DNA of 63,698 bases, the filler included, from Choristocarpus tenellus KU-1152 (taxonomy: Eukaryota > Protista > Phaeophyceae): assembly GCA_964200185.2 (NCBI GenBank). It is 7 parts of 7 records of this genome, joined end to end, with 100 filler letters (N's around TTAATTAATTAA, not from the genome) between each part and the next. Parts side by side here need not be neighbours in the genome. Positions count along the whole stretch, not along the records: positions 9,139 to 13,647 come from CAXNAD020014229.1; positions 13,748 to 19,416 come from CAXNAD020010075.1; positions 19,517 to 51,171 come from CAXNAD020000079.1; 4 more parts are not named here. The stretch is one strand, 5' to 3'. The translations under genes and the position numbers were made by a program. The first letter of the stretch is position 1, and the number at the start of each line of letters is the position of its first letter. The notes under the pieces are model-generated. The model searched no databases and was not told the DNA's origin. It saw nothing but the letters and a program-made list of their open reading frames with translations. Positions 12,125-23,129 of this stretch are shown here, piece after piece.

Positions 12125-12736
12125 CAGCACTCATGTCTCCAACTGAAGGTGATGCCGAGGATGACATCAGTGCTCATTGTTCGCAACTTTGAAATATAGT
12201 GTCAGCTGAAGGAGATGATGAAAACAAGGGAAGTGGCACTGTGGGGGAAGCAGGTGGCAGACAGCCAAAGACGAAGCGGCAAAAGACAACGGTGGTAAGT
12301 ATTTCTTTGGTGACTTCATTTTCTATCCTCTTTGGAACTTGGTAGTTAAGTGCAGTGAGTGCGAAAGTGGTTGCTAGACCGACATAGTGTTACCATGTCT
12401 TGTCATGTTCGAGCAATGTTCCAATAGTTTCCCATGTCTTTGTAATGATCCCTGGACCGGAAACTCCATCGCAGCAACAAGACGATGTCCCATTAATAAT
12501 ATCAAATGAGGTGTGTAAGAACTCTAAGGCATCTTTTCTGGTGCAACTTCAGGGGGGTGACCTCGACTTATCTGGCAAGTAGGGATATGTATTGTGCGAT
12601 TTGTTGTTGTACACTTTCAATCATTCTATCCATGGTCTATGTTTACCATCTCAAATTAGTCCTCTTATACGGGGTCTATCGGACGAATAGGGTTGGCAAG
12701 CAGGATCGATTGAAGATCCACATCTGACCTCAAGGG
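12125..12736 (+). pseudogene. Intron-containing pseudogene fragment resembling BIN4/MIDGET (topoisomerase VI accessory subunit)
   Basis: VPLIISNEVCKNSKASFLVQLQGGDLDLSG / TGSIGRI / VGKQDRLKI / DLKG resembles the BIN4 core as recalled (LPLVL...LVECEGDSIDLSGDMGAVGR...LDLKG). It carries an in-frame TGA, frameshifts and degraded splice acceptors. Confidence 0.6.
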
Positions 12737-13647
12737 TGTCTCCTCCCTTTTCAATTAGCTTGGCTTGTCCACCACTACCAGAGGTAAGACAAGGGAGTGT
12801 CCCTGAATCTCAGAAACGCCCAACTCACCGAGTACCGCCACCACATCGATGAAGAAGAATGATAATCTAGCGGCAGACGCTTATAATCACTTTATTAGAA
12901 GTCCTTAGGGTGGATGATGTCCGACTGACCCTCTTTTTCCTTTCTCTTTTTCTTTTGGCGAAGCGATAAGGCAGTATTGAAGTTTGGGGGATACCTACAT
13001 CTTTCTTATTTGTACAGAGAATCAGAACCCACGAACTATGATTGTGCGCCAACAGTGATGGTGGAGTTGGGTTCCCTTTTACTGTGGACCAATAATGTGC
13101 TTGTTGATGGTTTGAGAAAGGTTTTTATCAAATATGTTTTTGGTTTTACGCTATGGTAGAGTGCAGTAGAAGGTGCACTGTCATGAAGACAAAATATATG
13201 GCGTTTTGTGGGAACAAATGAGGTCCGCACACCTGTAGATTTGTTTCCAACTCTGAAAAATCCAAGATGGCGTGAAAGCGAAGACTTGTCCTACGACCTA
13301 GTAGCCACCTAAACAATCCGCACCACCAAAAGTACACTGAGTTTCTGTTGGTTCAGCATAGACAATGGGCTGGGAGGAAGGCACCTCATCTGAATGTGGA
13401 TGCTCATCCAACGTGATCCATGAAGAAGCTGTGTGGTCCAATGTGCGAATGATCACTGTTTGAAAGGGGGAAAAGTGTGCTTTGAAGAAGAATAGTGCTC
13501 TTGATGATACCAAATACCCATGACCTAGTCCAATATATTTCTTGGCCGAGCATTGCCTGTTGTTGGTTGGTCCAAATCCGACTACAGGATTGCAAAGGAA
13601 AAGAAGTTGTTGTACCTGTCCCACCCGCCCAAAACACACACAGCAGA

Positions 13648-13747
13648 NNNNNNNNNNNNNNNNNNNNNNNNNNNNNNNNNNNNNNNNNNNNTTAATTAAT
13701 TAANNNNNNNNNNNNNNNNNNNNNNNNNNNNNNNNNNNNNNNNNNNN
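13648..13747. other. Artificial contig linker
   Basis: N44-TTAATTAATTAA-N44. Confidence 0.98.
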
Positions 13748-16303
13748 CACCACCACCCCCACCCCCAACCTCTCGGTCCTCACGAACCTACAAACGCAAA
13801 GGTTCCAGAGCACATAAGGGAGGAGCAGGGATTAGCAAGAGTAAGTGAGGTCACATACATTTCGATATGCTGTTTGCCTCAACAACAATAAAGGAAAAAT
13901 ATTGTCAGACAGGTGCGACTCGTATTTCAAGGGCAATGCAAGATCGACACAGGTCTTCCATGATACCCAATGCCAGGTGACAGCAGGGTCGTGTTGTATG
14001 AGGAATAGATGCAAGTAGGGTGCTGTTAGTTAGAACTTGAGTCCTACCTGGATTGGCCTTCCCTCAATTTGGTAGCTCTGCATGTCGCTGATGGCACGCT
14101 GTCCCATTTCAGGGGTGGCAAACCTGTTCAGAATAATTAGTGAATAAAAGAGGTTTGAAGAAAGTTTCAGAGGGCGGTCCAAGAAAGACAAACCCACATT
14201 GTGCCACATTATTGAATCACCCAGCCTTTCAAAGAAATGGCAATGACCTCAACGACACAAAATGAAATTTAGGCAAACAAAAATAATGTGACAAAAGCTG
14301 TAGGTTTCGCAACAACTGGACCTGGAAAAATCTCACTTGAGAGAGATTCGCAACAAAGCAATCAAACAGGACATCCAGTATGTTTGCGATGCTTGCAGGC
14401 AAAACCAGCACTAGATACTCAGTGTTACTCACATGGTCCCCTCATACACTATGGTAAAACTGGACTCACGCGTAACAATAATAATATTAACACATTGAGC
14501 TGAAGGCACAATCATGACAGTAAGGTCATGATATTCAAGCAGATCCACCTCACCTGAGGATACCAAACCCTCGGCTACGACCAGCCATGTTGGTCTTCAC
14601 ATGGCAATCGTAAGGCTCATACGGAGAAAAGATCTCCTGAAGGTCCTCATCAGTTGTGGACCATGGAAGGTTTCCCACAAAAACTGCATGTATACAGACA
14701 GAAATAAAGATTACAACAACATTCATCAGAGTTGAGACATAGGAGGGTACAAGTTCTGGCATACAAGGGTAGAAGACTTGGGAAGAAGTGGGAAGATTGA
14801 CATGTAATGAATTCAATACAGATACTGCATGTAAATACACACCAGTAGTTCAACCACGAAAATGCACTAGTATTAAGGATACATAAACAATGGATATAGA
14901 TATAATTAATAAGTTAGCATCACGTTTCAGATTTGACGGCGCAGCAAGAAAGACTTGCTCCTTCTATTATCCCAAAGAAGGAACAAAACCAACCTACAGG
15001 ATGAGGGATACAATGAGGCAATTGCCATGGTTGTACACCTCCAAAGCTTATCATGCCATCATGCCGTTTCAACAAGCACATTCACAGCAGAAGGTAGCAT
15101 TGTCCACCGAAGAGGACTTACTAGGGAAGCCTCCGCTTGCCTCCACCTCTTTCCTGTCCAGTCTAATGTGGATAGGCCGGCCACCGAAGTCCACATTGTT
15201 TAGCTGCTCAATAGCAGCTACGGCAACGGTTGGTTCTGCGTATGTCACCAGCCTTCCACCACGCAGGATAATAATAGGGAAAGAATAGGAAAGGTTACAC
15301 CATTCCGCTGTCAGTGGGTATCTACCGTTGAGATGTGATCTCTCACACGGTGCAATAAAGGATGCAAGGATAAAAGTCGAGCCCAGACAATAAACAGTGT
15401 TGTGGATGACACTCATCAACTCTAGGGAGGGGATAACGTTTAATCTCGCCGCTTAAATCTAAAGGATCTGCACAGAGCGGACAAGTCATACAAACCGATG
15501 AAAACTCACCCCCAACCCTTGGAACGTCCAGAGTCAGCGTGACTCTGAACCTCTGCAGACACAACCTCGCCCACCGAGGACATGAAATTCCTCAGATCAT
15601 CGCTTGTCGTACTCCACGATAAATTGCCTACAAATACGGTGCTGCTAGCAAGTGCACCTGGTTGTTGCGGGGGAGGTAAAACAATGGGGAGGGGGGCTGT
15701 AGGGGTGAGGAGATGTGGGTGAGGAGATACAGACGAAGAGAAAGAGACCAGATCGTTTTCGTATCCGATTTTGTCACCATTAGTTCGCATCCCATTCACA
15801 CAAAGATAGATTCTAGTTTAGTATCCCTAGACCCTAGTCTGTTCACTGCCCAGAGAATTGCTCCCTTCTGTTGAACCTTGAAGAAAATACAAAAACTCAT
15901 TTTCACGTCATACTTCCAAAAGCACATCAAGCGCCACACAAACAAAGTACAGACTTGTCACCCCTTCGACGGATACACCAATGCAGGAACCACATATCTA
16001 CGACTCTTCTTTTATGTGGCCGGAACAGAGGGCGGTCTGTCGACGACGACCGACTCTCATGCATGTAATAGCAAAGAAATACATGACCTGCGCCAAAAGC
16101 AGATCCCACCCCTCACACTAGGGCAGAGAACAAGGTTCCAAGGTAAAGGAGATCTCCTATCCCTTCAACCGCAACCCCAACGCTTCCACTCCGAGCCAGA
16201 ATCCAAGGGAACCATCTTGACGCTTGCAAGACACACTCATGTCCCTCTTGAAGCGCTCGAAAGGACTACCTTCTATGGCGACAGGCTCTGTGAAGCCAGA
16301 CAT
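13748..16303 (-). CDS. Gbp2/Hrb1/hnRNP-M-like multi-RRM RNA/G-strand binding protein, 3' end off contig; exons 16303-16270, 15657-15510, 15252-15122, 14683-14554, 14123-14048, 13787-13748
   Basis: Two RRMs: VFVGNLSWSTTSDDL...GRSKGWGLVTY...AIEQLNNVDFGGRPIHIRLDR, and IFVGNLPWSTTDEDL...GRSRGFGILRF...EGRPIQVREDR, followed by a Gly-rich stretch. Intron phases are consistent. Confidence 0.88.
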
Positions 16304-17696
16304 CCTCCCCCAGCAGCCGGTGCGGGACAACGTGCTGGTGTATGGTGTCCCTATCGATGAAAGCTTAGCTGATGTCAATCTCCCACCTCCCACCCACCCA
16401 ACTTCGTGGATCTACCTCAAGCCAAATCCCAGAAAATCGGGGTTAAATAATGCCATAAACTTGTCAACACGATCCACTTGAAGTATCCACACCCCTTTGT
16501 AAAAACAAGTAAAAAATGTCGACCGAAAATATGTTTTTTAATAATTATTAGAAAAAATCGAGTATTACCATCAAAATGTTATCAAATAATGGGTGGGGTG
16601 TGTGGTTCTTAACGTCCCTGTTCCAGTATCAAGAAGTTAGGAATGGTTTAGCGTGATAGTTGCATTTCTATGGTTCAATTCTCACAAGCACAATCAAGGT
16701 AGATACAGATACTAATCGTACAGGTGATGTATCCGCATTATTATTTAGTCCTAAAAGTAGAGCAGAACATACTTTTACTACAATATCTGATATTGGGTGG
16801 TGGAGTATGCGAATATTTGTGTTACTAGAACTTCAGGGAATAAAGAGGGGGGAATGGGGGTGACCATGTTTAGGTACAGAATATATTTTCAACTCAACGT
16901 TGGTATAACTCTACTTTAGAATTGTAAACAAACACTAGATATGTTATTTCTACTGCTATATTTTTTTAATACACCAGAGTAGTTGTGATGAACATCACAT
17001 GTACACTTGAAAGTGACATGAACTCTCAGTTTACGGCTGGATGTACAAAGAAAGTACTATGGTGTGGAAATTATGGAAACAGGACCAGAGGTCACATGTT
17101 GTTTTTCGCTTCCCACCTTCTGAGTTTCGATTTATGTGTGTACTGACTGTTGGTATCTCACCTGTGATGTTTCTGCAAAACAAGTTATAGGTCGCCATTG
17201 AGCCCCAGTTCGTTTGATACATAGACGTAGTTCTCCAAAGAGATTGTCGCACCCTGCATAGTAGAATAGTCCTCGTCATGTATCATAGTATTGTATACTT
17301 TTTGTTTATAGTGTCATCGCCATAGGAAGGATGACCAGCTCTTTCAAGGTAGGCTTCGATCGTAAGTAGGTATACAGCAAGGGAAACACCTTCCAAGTAG
17401 TGTAGGAACCCTGTCAGTAACACATACCCAGCATGTTGCAATGACGCAAACATGCTTGGCAGGCAGCCTCATATTATATAGGCTACCTTCAACTTTGTGG
17501 ATTCCATAGTATTCACTAGTGTTGTTCAGTAGCACTAACACGTCGTCTACTTATTTCATCCAAGAATGTCACAGTGCAAGCATACACATACACCAGGAAA
17601 AGAATCCCTTTGTGGGACTTTTATTGAATCGAAAAATCGCTCAAAAAAGTGAATGTCAGCTAGTCTAGTGGCACGTCATGAAGTTATCCTAGCTTA

Positions 17697-17919
17697 GAGG
17701 GGGGTGTTCCATATTTGGGGTCCTGTGACTCCATCTGGTGCATGTGGTTTTGATACTCTGAAGGGCGATTTAGCACTTGAATGGACAAACGCTTGCATTC
17801 TATTCTGCGACCATGGCCTTCTAGTGAGGGTCAACTGTGCTTCAAGGATGAGGATGAGGTGAGTGGCAACATAAATACAAAGCGCTAAATATTCATTAGG
17901 GCCCAAAAAGACCCCACTC
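17697..17919. mobile_element. Putative MITE with GAGGG termini (divergent relative of the ~225-bp family)
   Basis: TA-GAGGGGGTGTTCC...TTTGGGGTC ... GACCCCACTC-TA. Length is 223 bp, but the interior is not clearly homologous to the other copies. Confidence 0.4.
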
Positions 17920-19325
17920 TAGCGTACGATAGGATTGCTCCAGTAATACGCTGTATGAAAAAAACCTTCCTCAGATACTTGACATTGTGTAAGTGTACTG
18001 AGGAAAAAAACAAGAAATCAAGAAAAAATAGGTTAGAGTAAGATTTTTGTACTCAGCACCAATCGCCCAAATAACCAATATTAGGACACACTGAAAACTT
18101 ATAAAAGGGTTTTTATATCAAGCAACATTGAGTAGCCTGTCAATTACTCTCAACCCAATGGAATCCATTGCTTATTTTGAAAGAACTAGTAATGCCAAAA
18201 CATAGCAATTTAAGACCAATACAAGGAGAGGCCAGCTTGTGGGTCGAAGGGCACACAAGCAGGACTTATGTCTGAAAGATGCACATCTACATAATGAAGC
18301 AAACTAAACAAAAAAAAATAAAAGGCTGGCTATAGGATGTTCCCTTTGTTCTTGACAAACTCCAAGGAGGGATGAAATAAGGGAGACAAGCTAGAGCCCA
18401 ACACAGCTAAGCCAACACCTACCCTCCACGATATATCTACTACATAGTAATTGTCTTCATGTATATAAAGAGAAGAAAATTACACATGTTCACATTTCCA
18501 ACCCAGTAACTGGATGTTTTCAACATAACACAACCTTTTCTATCAAGGGGAATATCACTTAATACTAACTAGTATTTTATAAGTAACTCTTAATCTCCAA
18601 TGGGGTGCACTACTTTTCTCGAGAGAAGGAGGGATTGCCAACGAGTTCAGAGTAGCAGGATACAAAAACAAGGGAATAAACAAGCAGCTGCATGACCCAA
18701 AGGGTGACGCAAGTGACCCCCATTAGTACATCCCATAGACTCGAGTTTCCAGAAATAATCAAAAACAAAACCCAAGAGTTGTCCTATCTTGCAGGGAGGT
18801 CTACATGGGACTTTTGGGTATGTAGGACTTTTTTCCCATTATCATCTGCCTTGCACACAATTTTCAATGCCTGAAATTAAGCTTATTCCCATAGGAGACT
18901 CTGACCTTAGAAGAGGAGATGTACGCTCATCCACATGAGCGTCACATCAGGCATCAGAGTGCTACTAAAAGTTGATGTGAAATAATGTGGTTGAAAGGGT
19001 CCCCAGGTAATACAAATGCGGTGTTCTCACACCAAGTGTAGATGGGGCCGTGGTCTCAGCTCTCAAGCCTATGGGTAGATCCATAATGAATTATCACCAA
19101 ATATGCTAGACCGATCACTTTGATTGTTGACTTCGTGAGTTCATCAAGGCATGAAACAAACTGAGGCATTGGGCATGTGAGTGATTGCTCAATGATCAAA
19201 TGATAATATAAAGTTCTCTAATAAATAAAGTCTAGGACTTTGACTTCATTGTGGCGTTTATGAACACGCAATTAAGATCCATCGCCTGTCACATTTTTAA
19301 GTTCTTACAGGCTCAAAGTATCTGG

Positions 19326-19416
19326 GAGGGGGTGGCCGCTGTCCATTTGGGGTCAATTTTTGTATGTCGCGATTTTGGGGTTATTTGGTTGCATACGTCG
19401 GATAGATACTGTAAAT
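19326..19416 (+). mobile_element. Truncated copy of the ~225-bp MITE family (runs into contig end)
   Basis: GAGGGGGTGGCCGCTGTCCATTTGGGGTCA...GCGATTTTG...TTTGG aligns by eye with the starts of the copies at 63128 (+) and 30066 (-). Confidence 0.55.
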
Positions 19417-19516
19417 NNNNNNNNNNNNNNNNNNNNNNNNNNNNNNNNNNNNNNNNNNNNTTAATTAATTAANNNNNNNNNNNNNNNNNNNNNNNNNNNN
19501 NNNNNNNNNNNNNNNN
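19417..19516. other. Artificial contig linker
   Basis: N44-TTAATTAATTAA-N44. Confidence 0.98.
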
Positions 19517-22282
19517 TACAGGCATGGTAGGGGGTAGAGGGGGTGGCGTTGGGATCGGCGTGCAATTAAGTGTACCCTTTGTTGTTGCAGATCCCCCCTC
19601 TCCCATGCATTCTATTGTTGTGTTGGCTTGCAAAATCCACGTTTGTACTGCCTCCATCGAAATTTTCTTCACAGCAAGCACATTGTCAACCACACTGCCA
19701 GAAGATTGGACATCTGTGTATTCATTTAGCAAATCTGATGGCATCGATGCTGGAGTTGTTAGTCCTGCCAAAATGTGCATGGGTTGCTGAGCTTCACCTT
19801 TGGTTGAGGTCCCCTTTGCCAAGACCTGTAAGGTCGCCTTAGCAAAGGTTGCCTCCACAAACAGTTGCAATACAAGTTTCTTGGCCGACACTTGCAAGAT
19901 TACAATTGTGATAATTGCCTCTAAATATTGTTGGGCCAAGAGCTGGGCTGTATTCAGGGATGTGGAGCCTTGACGTCCCATGGTGAGAACTTCGGTTGAC
20001 ATTGGTGGTAATGGCTTGTTTCTCATGGCTGGCATGTTTAACATTAATATATCAATGCCACTACCTAGAATTGAAAGTGAAAAATTGCGAGCCAAAGTCA
20101 GTTCTGTGGAGTCCATGGCTGCAGCAAGAGGGCTTGATTGGATGTCATTATTTCCCTTGTCATTCCCAAATGAACCATGCACACCAGACTGAAAAAACCA
20201 CCCTCTGTCTCCACAGCTCCTTACTTTCCATGCACTGTTGCTGTTGTGTGTTTGGCTGTTACCCACGCTATGTGCTTCAATCAGATCAAGACTGCATATA
20301 TGATTTCCCCCCCTGACACCTTCATCCTTGCTCAGCACAGGTCCATCATCTTCACTTGTTTCAACTTGTTCATGGGAGGGTTTGGCCGCTTGTTGGTTTT
20401 GATGTTTATCACCAGTACAGGTATTCATTTCGAAAAGGCAAGGACCACCTTTTGAACCCTCTTGGTCATCCTTCAGGCCCCAATTTTCTTCAGGCAATGT
20501 AGGTTCCAATTTCCCGTCCACAAGACTTGCACATGCCTGGATACAGTCATTTGCAGCCTCATTGATGAGATGATTTTCCACTTCAACTGGATTTTGTCCT
20601 GTTTTGTCCAAAATGGGTAAATCAGCGCAATGTCGACTACACCTTTCTATATTTCCATCCCCTGGTCCTCTTCCTGAGACTTTTTCATGGATTCCTTGCT
20701 CCTTACCAATGATGTGGTTACCCGCATCTACACTGCTTGATTCCTTGGTTAAATGTGATGGTGTCTTGACGGATGTAGCATTCAACATCCCACTGTCCTG
20801 GTAATTCCCTTGAGTATGGATGGTTTGTCCGGAACCCTCCTGGGGATTTGTTCTGTATGAAGATGTCGTTTTGTGACGCCTTCTTCCCAATCCCCCAGTT
20901 CTGAGTCGTGGCAAGCGATTCTGGTCCCGGTTTAAGATACACGAGACTTTGAAAGAGCCTTTTTCGGTACTTGCTTGCTGACATCGATCATACTTGTTGC
21001 CACAGATAGACAGCTCTCTCCCCATTTCTGACCTCTCCTGAGCTGATACCCTGCCCATACACAGTTTAATGTTCCCGTCTTTGTAGTTGTAGTTCAATGC
21101 TCCATTGGGGCTCAGACCCACATCCCCAAATGGTTCTGCCCAAGGTCTCGAAATTTCTCTAAGGGCTTTGTTGATAATTTGTTGGTGTATCTCCAGGAGT
21201 GTTGCTCTGCCATAATCCAACCTTTCTTTGTCACCCTTTCTGGCAAATAAAGATCGCCGATATGTTCGCTTGTTTCCCTGTGCAGCAGCAATATCTGCCA
21301 ACTTCACTGCTGCCCTTTTCTCTGCAGTGTGTGGGATTCCACGAATTCCATCAAGTGGCAGACCACTCGTCCCATCATGCGTTGAACCAATACTCGTACT
21401 TTCCTTCCAGTCTCCTATTCGAGCCCTCCCAGGAAGTGTCATTCCTGAGTCATTGAGTTGTCTCTGTATCCGTCGTAATTTTGAGGGACAGTTGGATGGC
21501 TCCCCACCTCCCCACCCTGCTTTCTGTCTGTAGGGGCACACCATCTCATGTGTGCGTTCCCATCCTACGACCATTGCCTTTGCTTGAGGGGAGAGATGAG
21601 GCCTTGATGGGCGAACCAGTGTGGGACACCTCAAATCTACGATTGGTGTCTTGGGTTTTCTACCTCTCTTTTTCCCTACCAGTGAATCTGTTGTGAATGG
21701 CTTTGCTGCTTGGGGCCTAGTCCGATCTGCCTGCATTCTCGGCACCCATTGGATGGGTTCCTCTTCTTCCTCGTCTATTTCATTGTGACCTCGTGAAAAA
21801 ACACAACCATTAAAACAATCTGAGGATATGAGGTGTGGCACGATAATCCAACCACAAGCGTTTTTTTTTTCTGTTTTGAAGGTTACATATACTCTACTAA
21901 CAAAGGAGGCCATTGAGCATGACTCTGCTCACTCTATGTGGACTTGTTGTAGACCTATCAAGTCTCTATGCAAATGGTGTGCTAAACGATAATCAGCCAC
22001 AAATCAAAATGAACGACATAGGAACAAAGTTGGGTATGAGGCGAGATGACTAGTAGGTCAAACTTTGGACATGTGGGAGCATACGAAAACAGTAGGTCTT
22101 GGGTAGGCTTATGCTAGGCCAGATACACAATCTCCCTGGTAGAACACGAATTGCACATTGCAAGAGGTGATGGATGGTATGCTGGATTCAGAGATATATT
22201 TTTTCGTTGTTGAATACTCACCATCCACAGTATTATGGCACACCATCTGCGTTGTAGTGGTTTCTGGGTAAGGACACGACAT
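19517..22282 (-). CDS. Hypothetical, largely disordered protein, 3' end off contig (probable exon 1 22282-22222; exon 2 21789 to contig end)
   Basis: Uninterrupted ORF of more than 2.2 kb. An upstream ATG exon (MSCPYPETTTTQMVCHNTVD) with a GTGAGT donor joins in phase. Pro-rich at the contig end. No recognised domain. Confidence 0.65.
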
Positions 22283-23129
22283 GCCCTCTTATCTTTACCA
22301 GGTCGTGCAAAGGTTCGCGATGCTCAATAACCAGGGTAAGGAATTATGGATTGGTTATCATACTATCGCAATACAGTGTCATGCTACAGTAGTAGTCTCA
22401 TGTTATTTTGATGTGAAAGTTTTCATTGGTTTTTCCGATGACATATCTACAGAATTCGAAGAGGGCACAAGAATAAAAATGTGAAACGTTGAAAACGCCA
22501 AGAACAAGGAAGACCTTCACCGTTCAGCGCGAAAAATGGCGAGTTCGAGTTGGTCGTTTATCGCTTATCACAATCAACCATTACTCTCCACCTAGAACTA
22601 CAGATTGTCATCTCATCCGCGACATTAATTCATCAACACACAACACACTCACAAGTACAACTCAAAGATTTTACGGTACACTCTAACCTATTACATTATT
22701 ATTATGCTATTACATCATTCTTAATTTAAAATCGGTAAATCAAAGATACAAAAACGGCAAAACATGTGACCCGATATTTCTTTTTCACAACACAGCTCCC
22801 AAATCCATGTACTACACTAGACACTGTAAAAGTCACTGTCGCTATATGATTCAAACCCATGGTAGCGCCGAACCTTGAGTTTCTATATACCTCACTCCCT
22901 CACAACATACATTTTACCTTCATAACAAAGGGAGTTAAACCACCTAGCATCAAGGCGATAATATGAAAGTCAGGGAGTTGTGCTTCGTGTTTATGTTTGT
23001 GTTGAAGATATTTGACCCTATAAGAAACTCAGTCCCTCAGTTTTGCTTTCCACTCGAAAGGTACCTAGTTTCTGTTCAATATGAAGGCAGCATCTTCGAA
23101 GTTTCCTGCTCTTAGTAATACATCCTAAG

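Noticed and set aside
15310-15420. TGATGA...CTGA on the minus strand in the RRM intron (possible C/D snoRNA)
   Set aside because: No terminal stem and no rRNA-complementary guide that I could verify; it would need snoScan/Infernal.
15343-15500. CPLCADPLDLS...DFYPC, resembling a NOT4 RING finger next to RRMs
   Set aside because: It lies inside an intron whose flanking exons join in phase to form RRM1. The Cys spacing is wrong and a stop follows, so it is likely chance.
13748-16303. Functional link between the G-strand-binding-like RRM gene and the telomeric tracts
   Set aside because: They are on different contigs and Gbp2-like genes are widespread; co-occurrence here is not evidence.
16480-16612. 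Short imperfect inverted repeat (CCACACCCC...GGGGTGTGTGG), possible MITE
   Set aside because: Too short and degenerate, with no second copy in the window.
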